Source of the DNA: an uncultured Candidatus Saccharibacteria bacterium
GTDB lineage: Bacteria > Patescibacteriota > Minisyncoccia > Phycocordibacterales > PALSA-1337
Reading direction: 5' to 3'
Assembly: GCA_964470105.1 (NCBI GenBank)
Contig: CAYXZI010000002.1
Location: 8,644-72,643, forward strand
DNA: 64,000 nt
Positions 55,672 through 64,000 of the stretch are shown here, in pieces. Each line of letters starts with the position of its first letter. Within the stretch, counting starts at the first letter, position 1. The translations under genes were made by a program, and so were the position numbers. The notes beneath the pieces are model-generated. The model saw nothing but the letters and a program-made list of their open reading frames with translations. It had not been told where the DNA came from and searched no databases.

Positions 55672-56880
55672 ATGATAGATAATATATTCAACAAAATTAA
55701 GCAGATTTTACCCAACAGAGTTTTTAGAATATTTAACCCTGTATATCATTATGCTCTAGCAGTGTTTGGTGCAGTATTTTATAGATTCCCATCGAAGAGA
55801 ATTAAAGTAATTGCAGTTACAGGAACAAAAGGTAAAAGTACTACAACTGAGATTATAAACTCAATATTGGAAGAAGCTGGTTTTAAGACAGCGGTATCAA
55901 ATACAATCCGTTTTAAAGTTGGTGATGAATCTAGGCCTAATATGTATAAGATGTCTATGCCAGGTAGATGTTTCATTCATAAGTTAATTAGAGAGGCGGT
56001 CGATCATGATTGTGAATATATGGTATTGGAAATGACATCACAGGGTGTATTAAATTACAGACATAAATTTATCGACCTTGATGCATTAGTCTTTACAAAC
56101 CTATCTCCTGAACATATAGAATCTCATGGATCATATGAGAACTATCGAGATTCTAAGTTAGAGATAGCTAAACTACTTTCAAATTCAAATAAGAGACCAC
56201 GCATCATTGTTGTAAATGAGGATGATAAAGAAAGTGAGAAGTTCTTGGCTTTTGATATGGATGAAAAAGTGAAGTATGGAATGAGAAATGATATTAACAC
56301 TCCCCTTTTAGGAGATTTCAATAAGTATAATGTGTCTGGCTCATATGCTGTATGTAAAGCGTTGGGTATTGATGAAAAAATAATTAAACATGCTATTTCT
56401 AATTTTAAAGATGTACCAGGACGTGTTCAGTTTGTAAATGAAGGACAGGATTTTAATGTGGTTGTAGATTATGCTCATACATCAGATTCTTTGGAGAAGT
56501 TCTATGGTGTATTTAAAAATTCTAGAAATATCTGCATATTAGGAGGTACTGGTGGTGGTAGAGATACAGGTAAAAGACGAGAGATGGGTATGATTGCCGA
56601 TAGATATTGTAGTGAAATCATTTTAACCAATGAAGATCCATATGATGAGGATCCTGATCAGATAGTTAATCATGTTGCTCAAGGGATACAAAAAAAGAAA
56701 CCAAGGATAATAATGGATCGAAGAGAAGCTATTCGTGAAGCCATAAAAATTGCAAAAACTGGAGATAATGTACTTATAACTGGAAAAGGTACTGATCCAT
56801 ACATCATGGGACCAAATGGCTCTAAGATTCCATGGAGTGATTCGAGAATTGCTAGTGAAGAATTAAGGACTCTTAAATAA
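55672..56880 (+). CDS. murE: Mur ligase (MurE-like)
   Basis: VTGTKGKSTT, EMTSQG, TNLSPEHIESHG, PGR, VDYAHT, NEDPYDEDP, GKG. Confidence 0.85.
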   Translation: MIDNIFNKIKQILPNRVFRIFNPVYHYALAVFGAVFYRFPSKRIKVIAVTGTKGKSTTTEIINSILEEAGFKTAVSNTIRFKVGDESRPNMYKMSMPGRCFIHKLIREAVDHDCEYMVLEMTSQGVLNYRHKFIDLDALVFTNLSPEHIESHGSYENYRDSKLEIAKLLSNSNKRPRIIVVNEDDKESEKFLAFDMDEKVKYGMRNDINTPLLGDFNKYNVSGSYAVCKALGIDEKIIKHAISNFKDVPGRVQFVNEGQDFNVVVDYAHTSDSLEKFYGVFKNSRNICILGGTGGGRDTGKRREMGMIADRYCSEIILTNEDPYDEDPDQIVNHVAQGIQKKKPRIIMDRREAIREAIKIAKTGDNVLITGKGTDPYIMGPNGSKIPWSDSRIASEELRTLK

Positions 56881-58146
56881 CTATCTTATCTGTACTGAAT
56901 ATAGATCATTTAGTATCTTTTTGGTTTCCTCACCTATCTTATTTGTTTCGTTCTTAATTCCATATTTATCTTGAAAAGTATTTAATGCTGCTTGTGTACA
57001 TGGACCAAATCTTCCTGTTCTAGGACAATCATTTTTATTCCTATCCCTTGGCGGATATACTCCCTCAAGCATAAGTGCACTCTGCAAAGCCAATACTTCA
57101 CCTTTATCCATATTTTCTTTTGAAGATATATCCTTCCAAGCATGAGGAAGCATTAGTGTGTCATATGCCAAAGAAACATCATTACCACTACCAAAGAAAT
57201 CTTGTATACCGATATATGTTTGAAAAGCTAAATCCTTTAATGTTGATTCTTTAACTTCAGGATCTTGGAATTGAGGTTCGTATATATAGCCGTATTCAAT
57301 GAGCATACTTGGCACATCCAAAGTATTATATGAGCCTATAGCAATTAAATCCTGCTCCTCAACTACACCATTGTCTTCTTTTGGTAAATTACTTACTGCA
57401 TTGTACTTTGAAAGTCTTTTAAAGATTGAGTTAGCTATAACTCTAGTGGTACTACTATTTGAATACTGCTCCTCAGGAACATATATTGCAAACCCTGAAT
57501 ATTGACCAGGTGTGTTTTGATTTCTTCTTATATAGTCATTGAAATGTATATGTATAGCTATATCTACCTTATTCTCATTATTCCACTTATTAATACCAAA
57601 CAACCTTAGAGCTACATCCTTAGGTGCATTTGAATGTGGCACACCATCAACCACCTTATGAACAAGTCCGTTGTTAATTAAACGAATCATTTGCTCCTTA
57701 TTATCATTTACAAAAGCTTTAATCTCCTCTGCCCTTTCATCAAAATACATTTTAATGTCAGGATTCCATCCTTGTTCAGTTCTAGACATAACAACCTCAT
57801 AATGTGAATTGTTTTCCAAGAATCCTTTTAGATTATTAGCTAATTCGAGCGCAATATCTCTTTCGAGTACTCCACCATACGAAGCTCCTCCAAAGTTTGG
57901 CTCATGTCCAGCAACTATCATCACCCTTATTTTTGGTTGATTCCTCTTGGAGACTAGATCATATTTCTTTTGTAGTTGTTTTGCTGTTATCCCTTGCTGA
58001 AAAAATACTGCTGTATAGTTATTACCGACATATGAAAAAATATTATCAACAAAGCGTGTACTAGCTGGATATCTTGATATTAACCAAGGTGTCCCAAATA
58101 TTGTTAGAGCAAAAAATGCGATTATAAAATACTTATAGTGTTTCAT
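56881..58146 (-). CDS. N-acetylmuramoyl-L-alanine amidase (Amidase_3) with C-terminal PG-binding domain
   Basis: IVAGHE, E.DIAL, IHIHFND, MLIEYGY; LALQSAL..GRFGPCTQAALNTFQ. Confidence 0.82.
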   Translation of the reverse strand: MKHYKYFIIAFFALTIFGTPWLISRYPASTRFVDNIFSYVGNNYTAVFFQQGITAKQLQKKYDLVSKRNQPKIRVMIVAGHEPNFGGASYGGVLERDIALELANNLKGFLENNSHYEVVMSRTEQGWNPDIKMYFDERAEEIKAFVNDNKEQMIRLINNGLVHKVVDGVPHSNAPKDVALRLFGINKWNNENKVDIAIHIHFNDYIRRNQNTPGQYSGFAIYVPEEQYSNSSTTRVIANSIFKRLSKYNAVSNLPKEDNGVVEEQDLIAIGSYNTLDVPSMLIEYGYIYEPQFQDPEVKESTLKDLAFQTYIGIQDFFGSGNDVSLAYDTLMLPHAWKDISSKENMDKGEVLALQSALMLEGVYPPRDRNKNDCPRTGRFGPCTQAALNTFQDKYGIKNETNKIGEETKKILNDLYSVQIR

Positions 58147-58173
58147 TTTGTAAAAGTATGATATAAGAATTGT

Positions 58174-59043
58174 ATGCCAGAATTGCCAGAAGTACAAACC
58201 ACAGTTTCCGGATTAAACCGATCCGTAAGTGGATTACGTATAGATGATGTGTGGACTGAATACAATAGTCCATATTTTCATGGTGGTGATACCATCAAGG
58301 ACCCAGAGTATTTTAAATATTTTAAGAAGAATGTTACAGGAGCAAAAATCAAGAATGTGACTAGACGAGCCAAAAATATACTCATCCATCTTTCGAATGA
58401 TTTTACTATCCTCATTCATATGAAAATGACAGGTCATGTGATGTATGGGAATTATAACCGTAAGGATCCTTTCAACAGATTTATTAGACTCATCTTCTAT
58501 CTATCAAATGGGAAAACAATGGAATTGTGTGATACAAGGAAGTTCGCAAAGGTTACCCTGCTCCCAAGCAAGACTATGCATGAGACGGTTCACTTGAAAG
58601 GTATCGGCCCAGAGCCATTGGAAAAAGAATTTACTTTTAAAGTTTTCAAGAAACAATTGAATATTAGACCTCAATACAAAATTAAATTAGCACTACTAGA
58701 TCAGACTCTAATAGCTGGTATTGGGAATATATACTCTGATGAAAGCCTTTGGCGTGCAGGTGTACATCCAGAGACTTTAGTAAAAAGAGTTAGTGATTTG
58801 AAACTTAAAGAGCTTTACAAGGCTATCCGTACTACCCTATCCATGGGTATAGATTTTGGTGGTGATTCGATGTCGGATTATAGGAATATAGATGGTGAGA
58901 GAGGAAAGTTTCAAGAAAAGCATATGGCATATAAACGTAAGGGAGAGAAATGTTTAAAGAAAGGATGTAAAGGAAAGATAGTGAGAATAGTTGTGGGAGG
59001 TAGAGGCACACATTATTGTGATATGCATCAGATCAAAGCATAG
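58174..59043 (+). CDS. mutM: Formamidopyrimidine-DNA glycosylase
   Basis: MPELPEV, RRAKNI, HMKMTG, GIGNIYSDE, C-terminal zinc finger with GGRGT. Confidence 0.96.
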   Translation: MPELPEVQTTVSGLNRSVSGLRIDDVWTEYNSPYFHGGDTIKDPEYFKYFKKNVTGAKIKNVTRRAKNILIHLSNDFTILIHMKMTGHVMYGNYNRKDPFNRFIRLIFYLSNGKTMELCDTRKFAKVTLLPSKTMHETVHLKGIGPEPLEKEFTFKVFKKQLNIRPQYKIKLALLDQTLIAGIGNIYSDESLWRAGVHPETLVKRVSDLKLKELYKAIRTTLSMGIDFGGDSMSDYRNIDGERGKFQEKHMAYKRKGEKCLKKGCKGKIVRIVVGGRGTHYCDMHQIKA

Positions 59044-59495
59044 AGCACAATCCCAGTCGCCACAGAAACATTGAGTGACTCCTTTTTGCCTAGCATTGGT
59101 ATTTCTAGTATATGATCACAGAGATCAAGAGTTTCTCTATCTATACCATCAACCTCATTACCCATGATTACAAGTACATTGCCTTTTACTTTTGATTTTC
59201 TAAAATCGATTGATCTTTTGTCTTGTTCTACCCCGACTATACCAAACTTTTCTTTCTTAAGACTTTTTATTAACTTCTTAACATCACTAATATTCTCCCA
59301 TTCAACTGTCTTCTCTGCTCCTAGCGAAGCTTTGGATATATCACTTCTAGTACGTCCAAACCTATCTATCGGTGCTGGAGTATATCCTGATATGTATATT
59401 TTCTTTACACCCACCGCATCTGCTGTGCGGAAAATGGCCCCAACGTTATGGGTGCTTCTTATATTATGGAGTAGCAGATGGATTTGTGATACCAT
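59028..59495 (-). CDS. SPOUT (TrmH-family) RNA methyltransferase
   Basis: NVGAIFRTAD, MGNEVDGI, IPMLGKKESLNVSVA. Confidence 0.92.
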   Translation of the reverse strand: MVSQIHLLLHNIRSTHNVGAIFRTADAVGVKKIYISGYTPAPIDRFGRTRSDISKASLGAEKTVEWENISDVKKLIKSLKKEKFGIVGVEQDKRSIDFRKSKVKGNVLVIMGNEVDGIDRETLDLCDHILEIPMLGKKESLNVSVATGIVLYALI

Positions 59496-59530
59496 ATCAA
59501 TACTCTATATTAAATTAATCAAATATCAAC

Positions 59531-59875
59531 ATGTTTTCAATTTTTCCACCATTATTGTCTTTCTCAAGCCTAGCTCCCCTTCTACTTAGAATCACCCTAG
59601 GTTTGGTTTTTATATTTTGGTCGATAAATAAGTTTAAAAATGAGAAAGTGGTATCTATACTAGAAGGTATTATAGGTGCTACTCTTTTTATTGGTTTTGC
59701 CACACAATTGGTTGCTTTAATTGCTGCAATTATATTAGGTTACAAGTTGGTAAGGAAAATATTAGCAAAATCTTTCTTTACTGATGGAGTTAATTACTAT
59801 TTCATTCTCTTTATTATCTCTGTTAGTCTAATTGTGACGGGTGCAGGATTTATTGCCTTCGACCTTCCACTTTAA
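59531..59875 (+). CDS. DoxX-like membrane protein
   Basis: LLLRITLG, GFATQ, GAGFIAFDLPL. Confidence 0.7.
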   Translation: MFSIFPPLLSFSSLAPLLLRITLGLVFIFWSINKFKNEKVVSILEGIIGATLFIGFATQLVALIAAIILGYKLVRKILAKSFFTDGVNYYFILFIISVSLIVTGAGFIAFDLPL

Positions 59876-59901
59876 GTAAAATATGTTATAGTTTCCGAAA
59901 T

Positions 59902-59974
59902 GCGCCTATAGCTCAGTCGGTAGAGCATCTCCCTTTTAAGGAGTGGGTCGTTGGTTCGATTCCAACTAGGCGCA
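59902..59974 (+). tRNA. tRNA-Lys(TTT)
   Basis: GCGCCTA/TAGGCGC stem, loop CTTTTAA, GGTTCGATTCC. Confidence 0.94.
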
Positions 59975-59982
59975 CAGTTAAA

Positions 59983-60897
59983 CTAGATCTTATTTAGCCA
60001 CCCGTCAGTTATTTTTACTTCCCCCAACCTTACCTTTGCATATATATCTGCTATCTCTTTTGTCATAGCATTCTTTGATATCTTCTTTCCATCTACACTT
60101 CTTACAGAAATTATATTTGCTGAACTTCCAGAAAGGAATATTTCATCTGCATTGTATAGCTCATCTTTAGTGACTTTCTTTTCTATACACTCTATACCCT
60201 TCATCCTTGATATTTCCTTTACTGTGTCACGAGTAATCCCTTCCAAGATATCACTGTCAGTATCTGGTGTATATATTTTCCCATCTTTTACAAGAAATAT
60301 GTTTGCAACTGTCGCTTCAGATACATATCCCTTACTATTTATCGCTATAGCTTCGTCAAAACCATTCATTAAAGCTTCATTCTTCATTAGACAAGCATTT
60401 GCATAGCTACCATTAACCTTGGCTCTAGGAGGTATCATATTATCTGCCACACGTATCCAACTTGATATACATGTATCTATCTCTTCTTTTCCGTAGAAAG
60501 ATTTCATAGGAAGAATATATGCTGACATCCCTGTCTTCAATCCATTTATCTTTGTTCCAGAAGCATTCGCATCGATAAAGTATGCGACTCTGACAAGTGC
60601 ATTTTCTTTAACATTATTTCTCTTTAAAAGTTCTTTCATCGTATCTTCGAACTTTTCAAAAGAAATGAACTTAGTAAATGGAAACATTCCCATTATTTCA
60701 CTCGATCTACATAGTCTTTTATAGTGATCCTTTAATCTGAAGGAATACAGTGAATCATCTTTGTATATAACATTAAAGACAGTATATACGCTCATTCCAT
60801 ACAATACGGATGAACTTGCAATGCTGAGATTTGCTTCTTTAAATGGGACGTAATTACCACGTAGATATGAGATTGTATTTTCGAGTTCAATGGACAT
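59983..60897 (-). CDS. ilvE: Branched-chain amino acid aminotransferase (class IV PLP enzyme)
   Basis: FRLKDHYKRL, AKVNGSY, GFDEA, SEATVANIF, ILEGITR. Confidence 0.88.
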   Translation of the reverse strand: MSIELENTISYLRGNYVPFKEANLSIASSSVLYGMSVYTVFNVIYKDDSLYSFRLKDHYKRLCRSSEIMGMFPFTKFISFEKFEDTMKELLKRNNVKENALVRVAYFIDANASGTKINGLKTGMSAYILPMKSFYGKEEIDTCISSWIRVADNMIPPRAKVNGSYANACLMKNEALMNGFDEAIAINSKGYVSEATVANIFLVKDGKIYTPDTDSDILEGITRDTVKEISRMKGIECIEKKVTKDELYNADEIFLSGSSANIISVRSVDGKKISKNAMTKEIADIYAKVRLGEVKITDGWLNKI

Positions 60898-60990
60898 GGA
60901 ACTAGTTTAACAAAGAATATCTTACTGTCCAAATATATTCATATCTGATAGACTAATTTTGTTATATATTAATAAATTAAAACTAATTTT

Positions 60991-61854
60991 ATGGAAAAAT
61001 ATGCTGGGTTTTGGATTAGGTTTGTGGCAGCAATAATTGACGGTATCGTTGTAGCTATTCCAGAATGGATATTGATGTTTATATTGAGCATTATTTTAAC
61101 GATCATTAAAACACCAAGTACAGTGACAATGGTAATAGTTAACTTAATATCAATTGTAGCAACCTTTGCATATTACATATTAATGACACACTACAAAGGA
61201 GCGACTCTTGGAAAAATGTTGGTTGGGATTAGGGTTAAATCAGCCAATGAAATTCCTCTGACTATCGGTAGGGTGGCACTTAGAGAGACAATTGGAAAAA
61301 TAATATCTTCTATCATATTTGGTATTGGATATTTAATGGCTGCTTTTACTGGAAGGAAGCAAGGTCTTCACGATGTGATCGCAAAAACAGTGGTTGTATA
61401 CAATGATCCTAGTAAACCTATGGGTGCTGGAGCAATTATAGCTATAGTTATTACTTGTATCGTACCTGCACTAGCTATTATGGGCGTGCTCGCTTCTGTT
61501 GTTCTTGTAAGTCTGAATACAGCGCGTACTAAGGCAGATGATGCAAAAACTATGTCCTTAATACATGGAGTAATTCCTTTCTTGGAAATGCACCTAGAGA
61601 AAAATGGTTCTTACGCAAAAGCTCAAAACTGTAATTCTGGTGTATTTCTAGATCAAAATATACAGCAGATTTTTTCTTCAATGAAAAACAAGAATGTAAC
61701 TTGTGTTGCTGAAAATAATAGTTATGCCATTTCAGCAAAACTAAATAATAATCGAAATTATTGTTTATCTCGCGATACGGATAGTGATATGGCAGAAGCT
61801 GTAATCGAAAATGGAATGGCTTTATGTAAAAGTATACCGTCTAGTTCTTTCTAA
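60991..61854 (+). CDS. RDD-family membrane protein fused to a type IV pilin-like C-terminal domain
   Basis: YAGFWIRFVAAIID, ATLGKM, QGLHDVIAKT; then IMGVLASVVLVSLNTARTKADDAK and a Cys-containing pilin-like tail. Confidence 0.75.
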   Translation: MEKYAGFWIRFVAAIIDGIVVAIPEWILMFILSIILTIIKTPSTVTMVIVNLISIVATFAYYILMTHYKGATLGKMLVGIRVKSANEIPLTIGRVALRETIGKIISSIIFGIGYLMAAFTGRKQGLHDVIAKTVVVYNDPSKPMGAGAIIAIVITCIVPALAIMGVLASVVLVSLNTARTKADDAKTMSLIHGVIPFLEMHLEKNGSYAKAQNCNSGVFLDQNIQQIFSSMKNKNVTCVAENNSYAISAKLNNNRNYCLSRDTDSDMAEAVIENGMALCKSIPSSSF

Positions 61855-61877
61855 TTTACTTGCATAATATCAATCAT

Positions 61878-62108
61878 ATGAAAATAATAGAATTAATCAT
61901 ACCAATAATAATATCTCTTTTAGTCATACTGGAGATAGTTGGATTACCATTATCCATTGTCTTAGCAATTATTGCGGCAAATAAACAGGATTCTTTGGAG
62001 AAAAAGAAGCTTAATAGGATAGCACTTTGGAGTCTTTTTGGACCACCACTATTGATGATCATAACATTAACTATTTGGGCTCTGATAAAACTCACCACCC
62101 AAATTTAA
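61878..62108 (+). CDS. Small membrane protein
   Basis: Two hydrophobic helices. Confidence 0.5.
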   Translation: MKIIELIIPIIISLLVILEIVGLPLSIVLAIIAANKQDSLEKKKLNRIALWSLFGPPLLMIITLTIWALIKLTTQI

Positions 62109-62112
62109 CTTT

Positions 62113-62769
62113 TTAAATTTCCAATAGACACGCCTCCAGTCCAGTCTCCAGTTCATGTTTCCCTCTTCTTGAATCGTGATATAGAACTACTAAATCATCT
62201 AGCATTTTCATTAATTCCTCTCTCTTCCAATTACCTAAAAATCCTGAAAGGATAATTGTTTTTATCTTCCAAAATATCATTCCGTGTAATGCTTCAGGTG
62301 CTTCACCTACATCAATAGCTTTTCTGTATAGCATCCATGCCTCCTTCTTATTCCTCTTCCCTACAGCGTCTGCTAGAGCGAAAGCATTGTATACAGGTTT
62401 CTCTTCTACTTCATCCAGGGTGAAGTTTATAAACTTCTCAGATTTCTTTTCGATCTTACCAGAGGTAGCTTTGTCGAGTTTACCTTCAAGGATAATAAAT
62501 ATATTTTCTGATTCTGAGATATCTTTTAGTAGATCAACAAACTCTTCTTTTGTCTCTTTTTTCTCTGATAGTCGATCTAAAAAAACTATATATTTTGACG
62601 CAAATAGTCCTTGGCTACCTGTATACTCTTGAATCTTAGCTGTATCAAATGTCTCAGAATCAATTTTAAAGAATGCAGCGTCAGGCTTTTTCTTAAGCAG
62701 AGAGTCTATGAGCTCATGAGCCTTTGTTCTAGCTTTGTCTATGTCGGTGCCGTGGTAAAAATAGATCAT
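62113..62769 (-). CDS. holA: DNA polymerase III delta subunit (short form)
   Basis: MIYFYHGTD, QGLFASK, FALADAVGKRNKK, HGMIFWK. Confidence 0.75.
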   Translation of the reverse strand: MIYFYHGTDIDKARTKAHELIDSLLKKKPDAAFFKIDSETFDTAKIQEYTGSQGLFASKYIVFLDRLSEKKETKEEFVDLLKDISESENIFIILEGKLDKATSGKIEKKSEKFINFTLDEVEEKPVYNAFALADAVGKRNKKEAWMLYRKAIDVGEAPEALHGMIFWKIKTIILSGFLGNWKREELMKMLDDLVVLYHDSRRGKHELETGLEACLLEI

Positions 62770-62842
62770 AGGTATAGTATATGGTAAATGAGCTCATATA
62801 AAAAGACTCAGCCAGCACCTCGGTGCTGGCTGGTTTGCGAGT

Positions 62843-63109
62843 CTACTCACCCTTCACCCGATGAAGGGTAATGGTGATGTTGGGTGTTGTTGTTTTCATC
62901 GCCTTTATTACCCTATATACAACTTCATTGTTGACGATCACTGCATCGCGAGAGTGCATGCACACCACCAGTGCAACAATACCGTAACCCTCTGGGACGT
63001 GCGGGAGGTTGTCTGGTAATCTAGATGCGCAAATTACATTGTCTGAATTGCAAACGCTTGGCTCAAGATGAGTTGCCATACCAAATGGTCTAACTCCAAT
63101 TTTCATCAT
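62843..63109 (-). CDS. Hypothetical protein (GC-richer cassette)
   Basis: Own promoter TTGATG-N17-TAGAGT and terminator CAGCCAGCAC/GTGCTGGCTG at about 62800-62833. Confidence 0.45.
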   Translation of the reverse strand: MMKIGVRPFGMATHLEPSVCNSDNVICASRLPDNLPHVPEGYGIVALVVCMHSRDAVIVNNEVVYRVIKAMKTTTPNITITLHRVKGE

Positions 63110-63179
63110 AGTTGGATTTGATTATTTCGTGGAGCTTTTTAGCTTACAGAACTCTAACACCAGAATATACAAACATCAA

Positions 63180-64000
63180 CTATTTCAAATCCCCCCAACT
63201 TTTCCCTACAGCATAATTAGCAACCAATTTAATACCCTGTATATCTTTTGGATCTACTATTGTCTCCATTATCTTCTGTATTTCTTCTGCTATCGACTCT
63301 GCCTTTTCTGTTTTTATCTCATAAACCAATTCATCATGTACCTGTAGTATCAGATATGCGTCACTATCTAATCCCTTTGAAATCAAATAATCATCAACTC
63401 TCTTCATTGCTATCTTTACTATATCCGCATTAGTTCCCTGAATAGGTGCATTGATAGCCATTCTTTCTGCCATAGCTCTTATGAAAGGCAATTTCGAATC
63501 TATTCCCTCAAAATATCTTCGCCTTCCAAAGAAAGTTTCTGTATATCCTTTTCTCTTTGTCTCTGCTTTTACATTATCTAGGTATTGAGCTAAACCAGAG
63601 AACTTAGTGAAGTAGTCATTATAGAATTTCTGTGCTTCAGCTCGATCTGTTCCCTCTCCTAGATTCTGACGTAGTGCATTTACTCCCATTCCGTATAGTA
63701 TTCCAAAGTTAATAACCTTAGCTTTACGACGCATTTCTTTATCAACTTTTTCTAAAGGAACTTCGAAGACTTCTGAAGCAACAGCATTGTGTACATCAAC
63801 TCCATTCTTAAAGATCTCTATCAGTTTTTTATCACCTGATAGAAAAGCTGCGATACGTAATTCTACTTGAGAATAGTCGAGAGACACTATACTGAAACCT
63901 TTTTCAGCAATAAATGCTTTACGTATTGCTCTACCTAATTCAGTCTTAATTGGAATATTCTGTAATCCTGGACCCTTTGAAGCCATTCTTCCTGTAGTAG
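63180..64000 (-). CDS. polA: DNA polymerase I, C-terminal part (5' end outside the window)
   Basis: LQNIP, DYSQVELR, RRKAKVINFGILYG, AINAPIQGT, LQVHDELV. Confidence 0.97.
   Translation of the reverse strand, partial: TTGRMASKGPGLQNIPIKTELGRAIRKAFIAEKGFSIVSLDYSQVELRIAAFLSGDKKLIEIFKNGVDVHNAVASEVFEVPLEKVDKEMRRKAKVINFGILYGMGVNALRQNLGEGTDRAEAQKFYNDYFTKFSGLAQYLDNVKAETKRKGYTETFFGRRRYFEGIDSKLPFIRAMAERMAINAPIQGTNADIVKIAMKRVDDYLISKGLDSDAYLILQVHDELVYEIKTEKAESIAEEIQKIMETIVDPKDIQGIKLVANYAVGKSWGDLK

Noticed and set aside
1-64000. Alternative genetic code (TGA=Gly, code 25)
   Set aside because: Conserved genes such as argS end at TGA in the expected place and long ORFs are intact under code 11

Overview
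AT-rich, gene-dense bacterial chromosome segment using genetic code 11 (TGA is a stop, e.g. argS). The gene content and style (short housekeeping genes, almost no Shine-Dalgarno sites, PilM/N/O block, PG-binding surface proteins) suggest Patescibacteria/CPR (Parcubacteria-like); this assignment is an inference. Most of the window is housekeeping: ftsK, recA, efp, rpsF-ssb-rpsR, metG, glyQS, recO, ileS, argS, glyA, secE-nusG-rplK, folD, rplS, rpsT, ruvA, mutM, holA, polA and seven tRNAs. The most interesting signals are: (1) a four-helix-bundle/winged-HTH gene beside ftsK, covered by a helically phased array of TGTCYTTTAT repeats; (2) a dTMP cluster pairing a ThyA with altered phosphate/sugar-binding residues with a cytidylyltransferase-like protein, a deaminase with an extra Rossmann-like N-domain, and two HIT hydrolases; (3) three unannotated promoter-to-terminator structured RNAs, two of which share motifs; (4) an orphan MazF-like gene faced by a convergent promoter; (5) HNH and LAGLIDADG genes placed directly upstream of tRNAs; (6) all seven tRNA genes ending in N73-C-A rather than CCA; (7) pervasive leaderless-type promoters, contrasting with GC-richer self-contained single-gene cassettes; (8) fusions IleRS+histidine phosphatase, UppP+M23 and RDD+pilin. 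No CRISPR array, rRNA or transposase was seen. All calls were made by eye; no searches were run.
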